From Trebonia sp. (lineage in GTDB: Bacteria > Actinomycetota > Actinomycetes > Streptosporangiales > Streptosporangiaceae), in the NCBI GenBank assembly GCA_036509215.1, contig DATCGA010000501.1:1-63757 (forward strand): a stretch of DNA of 63,757 nt, in the 5' to 3' direction. Positions 41,427 through 51,107 of the stretch are shown here, one piece after another. Under the pieces are notes generated by a model. The model was not told where the DNA came from. It did not search any database and saw nothing but the letters and a program-made list of their open reading frames with translations. The position numbers were made by a program, and so were the translations under genes. Positions within the stretch are counted from its first letter, which is position 1; every line of letters begins with the position of its first letter.

Positions 41427-42701
41427 TCATCGGATGTCCGATGCCTCAATGCGCATCAGGTCGTCTTTGCTCCAGGGCCGTAGTGGTTCGGCCGAGAGGC
41501 GATAGGCATGGCGGAGCCGGGCTTCTTCAAGCGCGTTGCGGACGCTGCGGGCGTTGGCAAAATGCGGATCTGGCATCTGCGGCGATAGGTAGTCGCGAAA
41601 TGCCACCGTCGCCTCATCCGACAAGTAGTAGGACGACCGGTCGAGGATGAGCTCCCCGATCGCGAGCAGCTCGTCGGGCTCGTACGCGGCGAAATCCAGA
41701 TGGTGCGCGACGCGCGACCGCATACCGGGGTTGGACTCGAAGAAGCGGTCCATCCGGTCCTTGTACCCGGCCAGGATCACCACGAGGTTATCCCGGTCGT
41801 TCTCCATCACCTGCATGAGGATGTCGACGCATTCCTGGCCGTAGTCCCGCGAGTCATCGGCCCGGTACAGGGAGTAGGCCTCGTCGATGAACAGCACGCC
41901 GCCCATCGCGCGCTCGAGAACGTGCCGCGTCCTCGGCGCGGTCTGGCCGATATATTCGCCCACCAGGTCATCGCGCATGGCGTGGACGAGGTGACCCTTC
42001 GGCAGGTAGCCGAGCCGGCGCAGCAGGTCGGCCATCATCAGCGCGACGGTGGTCTTGCCGGTTCCGGGCGGACCTGTGAAGCACATGTGCAGGTTCGGCC
42101 TGGACTCGGCCGCCAGCCCGAACCGCTGCCGCGCCCGGTCAACCAGCAGCAGCGAGCCGACTTCCGCCACCCTCTTCTTCACGGGGGCGAGCCCGATCAA
42201 CTGGCCGTCCAGGGCGGCGAACAGGTCATCGATGCCCGATGCCTGTCGTTCGCCTTCGAGGGTGATAGTGGCGTCAGACTGGAGTATCTCGCCCTTCCTG
42301 TGAGCTCGTCCGCTCCTGACGGCCTTCGGCGCGGCGGCCGGAGAGGCCGCGGGGAGGCGGCTGCGGCGCGGCGGGGAGACTGCCCGCACCCGGCCGCCGC
42401 TGACCGTCGGCCCCCGGCGGAGGACGGGAGGGAGAAATGGCGAAAAATCCCGGCGCAGGCCCGGATCCATTACCCGCAGGTTGCCGTCGTCGGGGTTGAT
42501 ACCGCGGGCAGCAAGGTTCGACAGACTGGTCTGCCGCATCCCGTCCCAGGTGATCGCGAACAGCACCAGGGTGATGACGACCGTGCTCGCGGCGAACACG
42601 AAGATGGGAAGGCTGAACAGCAGCCAGGTCAGCAACAAAGCGCCAACGAGGCCTAGCATGAGTAGGCCAAATCCGAGATAACGCAGTTTGCCGTTCCACA
42701 T
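41427..42701 (-). CDS. cbbX: CbbX-like AAA+ ATPase with N-terminal membrane segment
   Basis: LIGLAPVK, LHMCFTGPPGTGKTTVA, DDLVGEYIG, LFIDEAY, RDYGQE, SRVAHH, FANARSVRN. Two TM helices are in frame at the N-terminus; start is uncertain. Confidence 0.75.
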   Translation of the reverse strand: MWNGKLRYLGFGLLMLGLVGALLLTWLLFSLPIFVFAASTVVITLVLFAITWDGMRQTSLSNLAARGINPDDGNLRVMDPGLRRDFSPFLPPVLRRGPTVSGGRVRAVSPPRRSRLPAASPAAAPKAVRSGRAHRKGEILQSDATITLEGERQASGIDDLFAALDGQLIGLAPVKKRVAEVGSLLLVDRARQRFGLAAESRPNLHMCFTGPPGTGKTTVALMMADLLRRLGYLPKGHLVHAMRDDLVGEYIGQTAPRTRHVLERAMGGVLFIDEAYSLYRADDSRDYGQECVDILMQVMENDRDNLVVILAGYKDRMDRFFESNPGMRSRVAHHLDFAAYEPDELLAIGELILDRSSYYLSDEATVAFRDYLSPQMPDPHFANARSVRNALEEARLRHAYRLSAEPLRPWSKDDLMRIEASDIR

Positions 42702-42816
42702 GACACGAGTGAGGTTAGCCAGCGACAAGCTGCAGGTCAACGCCTCCCCTTCCAGACCCGTGAGCGGCCCGTCCGGCGTGATGGAAAGCTGTGTCAGTGC
42801 GAAACGATGAGCCATC

Positions 42817-43566
42817 GTGATTGGCGATGTGTCAGTGCTGCTTGCCGCTGGTGTTCTGGCTGGCATGGCGGGCTCGGCCGGAGGCATCGCTTCGCTGATC
42901 TCCTATCCGGTGCTGCTGGCGGTGGGACTTCCGGCCAAGCCCGCGAACGTCGCCGACACGATTGCCTTCGTCGCGTGCCTGCCCGGCTCGGCGCTGGGCT
43001 CGCGGCCGGAACTGCAAGGGCAGCGCCACCGGATCCTGCGCCTTGCGCCGCTAGCCATAGCCGGGAGCGCCGTCGGCGCCACACTGCTGCTGCTCACTCC
43101 GGCGGGGGTCTTCGGGCGGATCGTTCCGTTCCTGGTTGCCTTCGCCGCGGTTGCCCTGCTCGTCCAGCCGAGAGCCTCCGCGTGGCTGGAGGAACGATCC
43201 GGCGCCGGCGGCTGGTTCTGGCCTCAATGCGGCCTGCTGGCAGTGTGGGTCTTCGACGGCTACTGGGGCGTCGGAGCCGGGGTGATGGCGCTGGCCGTGC
43301 TTACGCTGGCCGTCGAGACAGGCCTTCCACGGGCCAACGCCCTGAAGAACGTGCTGCTTGGCATGGCTGATGTTGCCTGTTCGATCGTCTTCATCCTGTT
43401 CGGGCCCGTCCGCTGGGCGGCGGTGGTGCCACTGGGACTCGGGGTCCTTGCGGGCAGCTGGATCGGCCCGTCGCTGACCCGGCGGATACCGCCGGGCCTT
43501 CTCCGCATCGTGGTCGCGTTCGTCGGCTTTGGGCTCGCGCTGGATCTTTGGCTGCACCCCGGCTAG
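42817..43566 (+). CDS. TauE/SafE (TSUP) sulfite exporter family
   Basis: GGIASLISYPVL, ANVADT, DGYWGVGAG, ANALKN; multiple TMs. Confidence 0.85.
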   Translation: MIGDVSVLLAAGVLAGMAGSAGGIASLISYPVLLAVGLPAKPANVADTIAFVACLPGSALGSRPELQGQRHRILRLAPLAIAGSAVGATLLLLTPAGVFGRIVPFLVAFAAVALLVQPRASAWLEERSGAGGWFWPQCGLLAVWVFDGYWGVGAGVMALAVLTLAVETGLPRANALKNVLLGMADVACSIVFILFGPVRWAAVVPLGLGVLAGSWIGPSLTRRIPPGLLRIVVAFVGFGLALDLWLHPG

Positions 43567-43591
43567 CGTGTGGCGCCGAGAGGCGGGGACG

Positions 43592-43966
43592 ATGAAGGCA
43601 AGGCTGCGCATCCTTCGCACCGGGGCTGCGGAGTTCAGGTGGACAGCGGAGTTGCACAGCTATCGTGACGCTGATCTGAGCTATCACCGGTGCGTCCGGG
43701 TCCGCGTATGGGGCGGCGGCAAGAACGGGTGCATGCTCCGCGTGGACCTAGTCGCACCCGACGCTCAGGGCCTGTGGGGCGACGCGGGGGACGCTTTCTA
43801 TCCCACTCCTCGTGTCTTGCGCGCCATTATCGAATACGCCCTGGAAGACGGCTGGGAGCCTGCGGTCATCGGCGGGTGTCACGAACTCGGAACCGATGCC
43901 CGGCTGGAGCTACCAGGCTTCTGTACCACTGACGAACTGCGGGGCGTGCAGCGTCTTCGGTACTGA
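43592..43966 (+). CDS. Hypothetical protein
   Basis: Purine-rich RBS; YPTPRVLRAIIEYALEDGWEP. Confidence 0.6.
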   Translation: MKARLRILRTGAAEFRWTAELHSYRDADLSYHRCVRVRVWGGGKNGCMLRVDLVAPDAQGLWGDAGDAFYPTPRVLRAIIEYALEDGWEPAVIGGCHELGTDARLELPGFCTTDELRGVQRLRY

Positions 43967-44078
43967 CTACCGCATCGGTCATCGACCGGGCAATCCACAA
44001 TGTCTGGTCCCCGCCGGAGGCGCCGAGCTCGGCACTGTGCGACGAGACGCGTCTGTCGATACGTGTGAGGATCTCGCC

Positions 44079-44621
44079 ATGGTGGATCTGGATCTTCGAC
44101 CCGGAAGGCGTGAGCTCGTCGCGGCGAGGCTGGTTGCCGAGCTTGAGAGTGCGGTTGCAGGAGCTACCGCCGGCCTCAGGGACTCGCTTGCCTCCGGCTC
44201 AGCCGACGGGTTCAGCGATATCGACGTGCTCTGGATCGTGCCCGACAATATTCTGCCCGTGTTCTGGTGGGTTGACCTTGACGTCCGGGCAAGCTCCGTC
44301 GGCCGGGATGACCGTTACGACGATGACAATCCTGCTGCTCACAGCGACGTCGGCTGGTCCCGCCCGGGCAGCGCGATTGAGAACGCCACGGCGGCGGTCA
44401 AGGCGGCGGTCCGCCATCAGGACGACACCGCCGCGGGGCTGCTCGGTCGCGGTTTCGCCCGAATCGGGCGAGACCCTGGCCCGCTATCGGACCTTCCCCT
44501 TGCCATCACAGCCCTGGCCGATCTCTGCGCCACCGACGATCCGGCGCTGGCGGGCAGGGCGGCCGAGTTGCACGAGATCGTTGACGCGCTCGTCAGCGCG
44601 GGGCAACCGCCATCCTTATGA
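44079..44621 (+). pseudogene. Pol-beta-type nucleotidyltransferase, apparently internally deleted
   Basis: LRDSLASGSADGFSDIDV is a GS..D.D motif with G changed to D. It joins abruptly to LPVFWWVDLDV. Confidence 0.5.
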
Positions 44622-44645
44622 TCCAGAACTGGGGTAGAGCGCCTC

Positions 44646-44834
44646 GTGAGCCGAAGGCAGTACGTAGCCCGGGGAGTTTCCGGCGGCTACCGCATCTGGG
44701 ACAACAAGCGGCGCCGATGGTGGGGAGACCCATACGAGGTCTGCCCCGATGACCTCCTGGACGAGCTGAACGGCGAAGCCGACTACCAGAGGATCACCGC
44801 CCTGCTCAAGCGCTACCGGGCACAAAAGCGCTAA
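44646..44834 (+). CDS. Small hypothetical protein
   Basis: 62 aa with good GC3; GYRIWDNK.RRWWG. Confidence 0.6.
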   Translation: MSRRQYVARGVSGGYRIWDNKRRRWWGDPYEVCPDDLLDELNGEADYQRITALLKRYRAQKR

Positions 44835-44877
44835 GCCACGCGACCCTAGAGATCGCCGCGAACCGTGAATCGCGCTG

Positions 44878-45999
44878 CTAGAGAGCCGCCTCGATCATTG
44901 CGCCGGTGGCAAGCAGCAATGCCTCCGCGCTCGGCCGGCCGATCAGCTGCAGACTGGCGGGCAGCCGCTGCCCGGTCGGCGCCGGCAGCGCCAGCGCCGG
45001 GAAGCCGGCCAGATTTACGGGGCTGGTGAGGGCCAGGTAGCCCGGCCTTACAGCGGCCTTCAGCAGCGGCGGAAAGAACGGAACGGTCGCAAGCGCGAGC
45101 GCGTCGACCCCGTGCAGCGCCACCGCCATGGCGGTGCGCCAGCGTTCCTGTTCGGTCCGGGCTTGCCGCACCTGCGCGGGCATCAGGGCCTGGGCCTCGG
45201 CGAGGCCCGCCCGCACCCGCGGGGTAAGCAAGACGCGGCGGGCAGGATCGGTCAGCAGGGCCTGGTTGGACACCGCCGCTTCGGCGTCGACAATGACATC
45301 GCACGTTCTCCTGGCCGAGTTCCAGCCGGGCAGTTCAACCTCGATCACTTCCACGCCGCAGCGTGCGAGCGCATCGTCCACCGCCGCGTCGATGACCGGA
45401 TCCACGTCCACGTCGGCCGGCCTGATCCGGCCGATGCGCGCTGCAGCTGCCGCATCGGATGAGAAACCCGGCTCGAGCAGCGCCAGGCCTGCCGCGACGC
45501 CCGCCACATCGCGCGCCATCGGGCCGATGGTGTCCATGCTCGGCGCTAGCGGCCACACCCCGGCCAGCGGGATCCGGCCGTGCGTGGTCTTCAGCCCGGT
45601 AATGCCGCACAACGCGGCCGGGATCCGGATCGAGCCGCCGGTGTCAGAGCCATATGCCAGATCTGCTTCACCGCTGGCCACCGCGACCGCCGATCCGCTC
45701 GATGACCCGCCTGGAACCCGGCTGGGATCAAGCGGATTTACTGGCGTGCCGAAATACCCGTTCACCCCGCTCGCGCCGAACGCCAGCTCATCCAGGTTGG
45801 CCTTGCCCACACCCCGCGCACCCGCGGCTCGCGCGCCGACCATGCACGGCGCGTCCCTCTCAGCCGGGGCGGCGGTCGCAGCCAGCGCCCGGCTGCCCGC
45901 CGTGGTGGGCACGCCCGCGACATCGATCAGATCCTTGACTGCCAGCCGGATCCCGTCCCCTGAACTCGGCATCCGCGTGATGAAGGTAGTCACCGGCAC
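44878..45999 (-). CDS. Amidase-signature enzyme
   Basis: AVKDLIDVAG, PGGSSSGSA, GSDTGGSIRIPA. Confidence 0.9.
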   Translation of the reverse strand: MPVTTFITRMPSSGDGIRLAVKDLIDVAGVPTTAGSRALAATAAPAERDAPCMVGARAAGARGVGKANLDELAFGASGVNGYFGTPVNPLDPSRVPGGSSSGSAVAVASGEADLAYGSDTGGSIRIPAALCGITGLKTTHGRIPLAGVWPLAPSMDTIGPMARDVAGVAAGLALLEPGFSSDAAAAARIGRIRPADVDVDPVIDAAVDDALARCGVEVIEVELPGWNSARRTCDVIVDAEAAVSNQALLTDPARRVLLTPRVRAGLAEAQALMPAQVRQARTEQERWRTAMAVALHGVDALALATVPFFPPLLKAAVRPGYLALTSPVNLAGFPALALPAPTGQRLPASLQLIGRPSAEALLLATGAMIEAAL

Positions 46000-46092
46000 A
46001 CCCTACCGAGAACCGGAAGCGTGCGGCAGAACGGCTTTCATCGGGTCAATCTTGCGTGGTACTGACGTCTGCAGAAGTCCTATAGTGCGCAT

Positions 46093-46587
46093 ATGGAATT
46101 GGCCGGCAGGTTCCATGACGAGCGTTTCCGCGATCCGTTGGTGCGGTTGTGGGAATTCCTCGGCGAGATCCTCGTGCGCTGTCCTCGGTGTGGCCGGCGG
46201 GCGTCCGTTCTGCCTGCTCCGCAGACGGCTGGGGTATCTCGCAGGCCATGGACGCGACGTAGCGTGAGCTGCCTAACCTGTAGCTACTCGGCGCATGTGC
46301 CCGGGCCAAAGGGCAACCGGGGGACAATTAGCCTCGGTGGCTGCAGTGATGCGTACTTCGGGTTGCCTCTGTGGCTGACTACTGAATGTCGGGGCCACGT
46401 GCTCTGGGCGTATAACACCGAGCATCTTGACCTTCTGGAAGCCTTCGTGTCCGCGCGATTGCGGGAGCGCGGACCAATTCCCGGCACCATGAGCATGGTT
46501 GAGCGGCTTCCTGCCTGGATTAAGGATGCGAAGCACCGTGATGACGTCGTAAGCGCGATTCACCGGCTCCGCGCTATGGCGGCCTGA
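46093..46587 (+). CDS. Zinc-ribbon hypothetical protein
   Basis: CPRC...CLTC; DAYFGLPLWL, LWAYNTEHL, RLPAWIK. Confidence 0.7.
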   Translation: MELAGRFHDERFRDPLVRLWEFLGEILVRCPRCGRRASVLPAPQTAGVSRRPWTRRSVSCLTCSYSAHVPGPKGNRGTISLGGCSDAYFGLPLWLTTECRGHVLWAYNTEHLDLLEAFVSARLRERGPIPGTMSMVERLPAWIKDAKHRDDVVSAIHRLRAMAA

Positions 46588-46669
46588 CCAAAACTGCCGC
46601 GCCGGCCGAAGTCCTCGGGGAGGATCCTGACGGCGAGCCCTGGAACCAGCTTGTTTCCGCTGCGTGCCG

Positions 46670-47335
46670 TCAGGACGTCCGCGTGCCGGTGAGCGTTCCG
46701 GATGCCAGGACATGCCCCTTGAGAGCTGACGGCAGACGCTCGATATCGGCGACCTTCGTGAAGTCGACGTCGGCGTCGAGGGCGTAGAGGTGAAACCGGT
46801 ACCGATGCGTGCCGTGGCCGGGAAGCGGCCTCGGTCCGAGGTACTTGGCGCTGCCACGGTGGTTGGGGAGAAATCTGATGCCCGGGTTGTCCGGTGTCAG
46901 AGCGCCCTCCGGCAGCCCGCCTTCGGTCGGCGCGAAACCGGCGATCGTGTGGATGCCCGGCACGGCGCCCGGGTTGTCGAGGTCCTCGAGCGCGAAGACC
47001 AGGTCGCTCGTCCCCGCGGGAAGGGCATCCCACGCAAGGGCGGGCGAGATCTCCTCGCCGATGAACTGCGCACAGTGCTTCGCGGGGATGACCTGCCCGT
47101 CGCGAAAGCTGGGGGAGGTAAGGGCGATGCGGTTCTCGGTCGCGAGCTCGGGAGCGTTGGCGACGCTTGCGGCTTCGTCCGGGCGTCGGTTGCGCAGCGC
47201 CCAGCCGACTGGAAGGAGGATGAATTCGACGGGGTGCCTTACACGAACGTCGGCTCGGTATCTGTAAAGCGAGTGGTCGCAACCGCGGCGGTGGTCGCGG
47301 TGGCGACAGCGGGGATGTTCACGGCGCTCGTCCAC
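46670..47335 (-). CDS. YbhB/YbcL (PEBP) family protein; start uncertain
   Basis: ISPALAW, EDLD, YLGPRPLPGHGTHRYRFHLYALD. Homology likely starts near 47240. Confidence 0.8.
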   Translation of the reverse strand: MDERREHPRCRHRDHRRGCDHSLYRYRADVRVRHPVEFILLPVGWALRNRRPDEAASVANAPELATENRIALTSPSFRDGQVIPAKHCAQFIGEEISPALAWDALPAGTSDLVFALEDLDNPGAVPGIHTIAGFAPTEGGLPEGALTPDNPGIRFLPNHRGSAKYLGPRPLPGHGTHRYRFHLYALDADVDFTKVADIERLPSALKGHVLASGTLTGTRTS

Positions 47336-47603
47336 GCAAGACGTACCTGGTCCTGACCAGCCATCGGCTGATCGTTCTTGATGGCGGGACGGCTTCGGGC
47401 CGGCCCGGAAAGATCGTGTTCACCTTGGGCAGGGGAGGCGTGTCCGTCGCGGGTGGCCGCAAGGGCCTGGTGAGCCTGAAGGTGGACCCCAAGGACAAGA
47501 AAAGGGATTGCGGCTCACCTACCCCACGGTGACCCGCAAGAGCGGTGAGGCGATCGCCGCGGCACTACAGGCGAACGCCTCCCTTAACGCGACGAACGTT
47601 TGA
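47249..47603 (+). pseudogene. Degraded membrane/PH-like gene remnant
   Basis: TM-like VVATAAVVAVATAG, then in other frames KTYLVLTSHRLIVLD and GLRLTYP. Confidence 0.3.
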
Positions 47604-47707
47604 GAATCTCGGCCTGATCGGTCGGTGGGGGCTCCGGTTGGGAAAACGCACACGGACCGGCCGGGCTACGGATCAGCATCCAGTCCCGGCCGGTCAGCGT
47701 GCGTTGA

Positions 47708-48442
47708 TCAGGCCGCGAGGCCGTTGAGCCAGTTCTGCCACGCCTCTGTCTCGGTCGACGGGTCGCGGTCGTCGAAGTAGTGCGCGGTCGCGAAGACCAT
47801 GTCGTTGTAGCCGTGGATCAGCATGTACATCGCGTCGCCGGTACGCATGCCCACGAAGCTCGGCGAGCCCGCGAACTCCACCGTGCCGTCGACCGGCTCG
47901 ATCCCGGGCACGCTGAGACGGGCCGGCTGGCCGTCCGCCGCGTCCGCGCCGACGCCGACCGCCGCCGTCATGGCCTCCCACGAGTCCTTGGTGATCGGCC
48001 CCGGCATGAACAGCGAGTTCTTCGCGGTGCGCGGGGCAAAGTGCTCGAGATAGACGACAAGTTTCGTCATGTAGGCGTGGTCTCCGACAGACAGGCCGTT
48101 GTACTCGGCCTCCCAGTCGTCGCCGAGAAGGCCGCTGTGCACAACGCGCACCACCGCACCGCCGCCGTCGCGCGACTCGATGAGCCACTCGTAGGCCATG
48201 AACGTGCCGTCCGCGTTCTTGTGTTCCTGCGTCGCGTAGCGGTGACCGGGTTCCCAGGCTGTGATGCTGGCGGTGGACACCTGGCCGAACATGCTGAACG
48301 TGGCGGACTTTCCTGCGCTATCGATTTCGCTGCGCCCCATGAGCCAGGAGTCGACCGCCGGCCCCGACGTGATCGCCTCCCACACCTCGTCCGGCGTGGC
48401 GTCGACGGTGAACTCTTCGCGTACCTCGAATGGATGCGTCAT
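47708..48442 (-). CDS. SRPBCC/Aha1-domain protein
   Basis: VDATPDEVWEAIT, ITAWEPGHR, VRVVHSG. Confidence 0.85.
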   Translation of the reverse strand: MTHPFEVREEFTVDATPDEVWEAITSGPAVDSWLMGRSEIDSAGKSATFSMFGQVSTASITAWEPGHRYATQEHKNADGTFMAYEWLIESRDGGGAVVRVVHSGLLGDDWEAEYNGLSVGDHAYMTKLVVYLEHFAPRTAKNSLFMPGPITKDSWEAMTAAVGVGADAADGQPARLSVPGIEPVDGTVEFAGSPSFVGMRTGDAMYMLIHGYNDMVFATAHYFDDRDPSTETEAWQNWLNGLAA

Positions 48443-49047
48443 GACTGCTGCGACTCCTTCGCTGGCGGGTCGGCGTCTTCGGTGATGCTCGGATGCACCG
48501 CGACGATAAGGCGGTGCGGCCGACCAGTTTGGGTGTTGTATTTGCTGATGATCTCGGTGATCGCGTCCGTGAGCTCGCCTACGAACGCGGCGCGGTCAGC
48601 CGGCTTCGCGAATCTCACCTCGGCGTCGAGGCCGAACGTGGCGAGCGGCTTGTTGGCCCGCGCCGCCCCGTTGATGAGCGTTCCCGTCTCCCGCACGAGC
48701 CGCGCTGCGAGTGCAAGCAGCCAGTGCGCGGACAGCCGGTCGGGCGATCGGGCCGGATCGGGCGCGACCGCGGCGAGCGCGGCCGGCGAGATCACGTAGG
48801 CCGCGGCGGAAGCCCGCACGACCCGCTCGGTCATGTTGCCCTTGCGACGCTCCTCGACCAACTCCACCAGGCCGTGCTGCTCAAGGGTCTTGACGTGGTA
48901 GTTGACCCTCTGCCGGGCAAGCCCGAGCCTGGCCCCGAGTGTGGTCGCGGTGTGCGGCTCGGCCAGCTCCGCGAGCATCCGAGCCCGGATCGGATCGAGC
49001 GAGACCTCCGCGGCTGCGGCATCCTCGATCACTGCGACCTCTTGCAT
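48439..49047 (-). CDS. ArsR-like HTH transcriptional regulator
   Basis: LDPIRARMLAEL, ARQRVNYHVKTLEQHGLV; ATGA coupling to the SRPBCC gene. Confidence 0.88.
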   Translation of the reverse strand: MQEVAVIEDAAAAEVSLDPIRARMLAELAEPHTATTLGARLGLARQRVNYHVKTLEQHGLVELVEERRKGNMTERVVRASAAAYVISPAALAAVAPDPARSPDRLSAHWLLALAARLVRETGTLINGAARANKPLATFGLDAEVRFAKPADRAAFVGELTDAITEIISKYNTQTGRPHRLIVAVHPSITEDADPPAKESQQS

Positions 49048-49060
49048 GCCGCAACTCTCT

Positions 49061-49102
49061 CACCGAAAACTTTTGTTGTCAAGACAACAAGAACTGTCGG
49101 TG
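49061..49102. promoter_or_regulatory. Palindromic operator between divergent HTH and RibD-C genes
   Basis: CACCGA...TTGTTGTC-AA-GACAACAA...TCGGTG with a common centre. Confidence 0.65.
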
Positions 49103-49147
49103 GGAGATACCTTTAGCGCGTCATCCACCCCGGGAAGGAAGCAGCGC

Positions 49148-49691
49148 ATGGCCTCACTGGTCCTGAAGATGTCCGTCTCGCTCGACGGCTACGTCGCGTC
49201 GGCTGACGGGAGCACCGGCTGGGTCGCCGCCGGACGCTCCGGTGACGGCCTCAGCTGGACAGTCGAGACCGTGAGCAACGCCGCCGCGCACCTCATCGGC
49301 GCCGCCACCTACGCGGGCTGGGCCGGCTACTGGCCCGGCGCCTCCGGGCCGTTCGCCAAGCCGATGAACGAAATCCCCAAGATCGTGTTCTCGAATTCGC
49401 TCGCGTCCGCCGACTGGGGCGAGACGACGATCTCCGCCGGAGACCTGGCCGAGGCCGTCACGCGGCTCAAGCAGGAGCGCCCCGACGGCTACCTGCTCGC
49501 CCACGGCGGGGTACGGTTCGCCCGGTCCCTGGTCGAGACCGGCTTGATCGACGAGTACCGCCTCGTCATCCACCCGGTCGTCCTGGGGGGCGGGCGAGCG
49601 GCTCTTCCGCGCGCCGCTCACCATCGAACCGGTGAGCACCACCGTCTTCACCGGCGGAGCGGTCGCCCACGTCTTCGCGGCGCACCCGTGA
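49148..49691 (+). pseudogene. RibD-C/DHFR family protein with +1 frameshift
   Basis: MSVSLDGYV, HGGVRFA, IDEYRLVIHPVVLG. The expected GERLF...AVAHVF tail is out of frame after the G6 run at 49585-49590; length is 3n+1. Confidence 0.75.
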
Positions 49692-49782
49692 TCGTGCCTG
49701 ACCGGCAACCGGGGAGCGGACACTGCCGCCTCGTGTAGCTATTGGCGAAGTCGCCGTACTTCCGCGATGAGGCGGGGACGTC

Positions 49783-50601
49783 GTGCGCGCCGCCATATCG
49801 GAGATCGAGCAGTATGAGCGGATCGCGGTGAACATCCAGCCCGGAGTCCTCATCACCGGCCGCGCTGCGAGCGACGTTGTGCACCTCGCGGCCGAGTTGA
49901 TCGAGAACGCGACAGCCTTCTCGTCGGCCCAGGTGCTGGTCACTGCTGGGATGCTGAGCAGCGGCGGCGCGTTGGTCGAGGTCACCGACGAGGGACTGGG
50001 CATCGCGGACCAGGATCTGGCGGGCGCGAACTGGCGGCTAGACCATCCACCAGTGATCGACGTGGGGGTCTCACGCCGGATGGGCCTGTTCGTGGTGGGG
50101 CGCCTTGCGGCCACGCACGGCATCCGGGTGCGGCTAAAGCAAGTCCAGCCCCGCGGCCTGTCGGCCCTGGTGTGGCTCCCGGAGTCGGTGGCCCAACTGG
50201 ACGCTGCGCCGGTGAGCTCACCGCGGATGCGGGCCGACTCCGGCGCGTACCCCACTGCCGCCCCCGTCCCACCTTGCTCGGCCTCGTTTACTACGATCCC
50301 GGCCCCGTCATCCCTCCCCACCTCAGGTGACCTGGCAAGTGCGGTAGCAGCGCACCCGGCCGGGCCGGGCTGGTTCGGGCGCGGCGACGGGCCGAGCGCG
50401 AACCTTCTTCATGGCTCCAGAGACCGGGTCGATAGTCAGCATGGCGAGCGGCAAGGGCGCTTGGCGGAAAGCGGCCAGCAAGCCGCGATCGCTCGCCGCC
50501 GATCGCCGGGACAAGTGCGCTGTCGCCTGTCGGAATTCCAGCACGGGGCACGTCGAGGTCGCTCGGATGCACCGCGGATCTCTGGAGCCGATGAAAAGTG
50601 A
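49783..50601 (+). pseudogene. 5'-truncated conservon CvnA-like histidine kinase (HATPase part only)
   Basis: RAAISEIEQYER, HLAAELIENATAFS, VTDEGLG, RMGLFVVGRLA; tail SEFQHGARRGR. No sensor or HAMP domain. Confidence 0.75.
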
Positions 50602-50632
50602 AGACGACTGTGCAGACACGAGAGGAAAGCCC

Positions 50633-51064
50633 GTGAGTACCCAGGGGCATCCCCCGCAGGACCTTAACTGGCTGGTCACGGACTTCGTCGGGCGGGTTCC
50701 TGACGTGGCCCACGCAGTGATCGTCTCCTCTGACGGGCTGGTGGTGGCGGTCAGCGCCGGATTCCCGGAAAATCGGGCCGAACGGCTGGCGGCGGTGACT
50801 TCCGGGCTCTCGAGCCTCGTGCATGGAGCCGCGGGCATATTCGAGGCCGGCCGCGTGACCCAGACGGTGGTGGAGATGGACGCCGGGGTACTCGTAGTCA
50901 TGACCATCAGTCACGGCGCGAGCCTGGCCGTGCTGGCCGGACCCGACGGCAAGATGGGTCTGATCGCCTACGAGATGACCCTGCTGGTCGAGCGGGCCGG
51001 ACGGATGATCACTCCGGCCACCCGGGACTCGGACCAGGCCGCCATCGTGCCCAGCGGGCGGTGA
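50633..51064 (+). CDS. Roadblock/LC7 (CvnB/MglB-like) protein
   Basis: GAGGA RBS; DLNWLVTDFV, VSSDGL, LAAVTSGLSSL, MGLIAYEM. Confidence 0.92.
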   Translation: MSTQGHPPQDLNWLVTDFVGRVPDVAHAVIVSSDGLVVAVSAGFPENRAERLAAVTSGLSSLVHGAAGIFEAGRVTQTVVEMDAGVLVVMTISHGASLAVLAGPDGKMGLIAYEMTLLVERAGRMITPATRDSDQAAIVPSGR

Positions 51065-51107
51065 CCGGTCAGCCCTGCTGCCTCCGAATCGGGAGGGAGT
51101 AGCCGAC

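Noticed and set aside
41427-42300. CbbX as evidence of a Calvin-cycle locus
   Set aside because: No RuBisCO, phosphoribulokinase or cbbR gene is present in the window.
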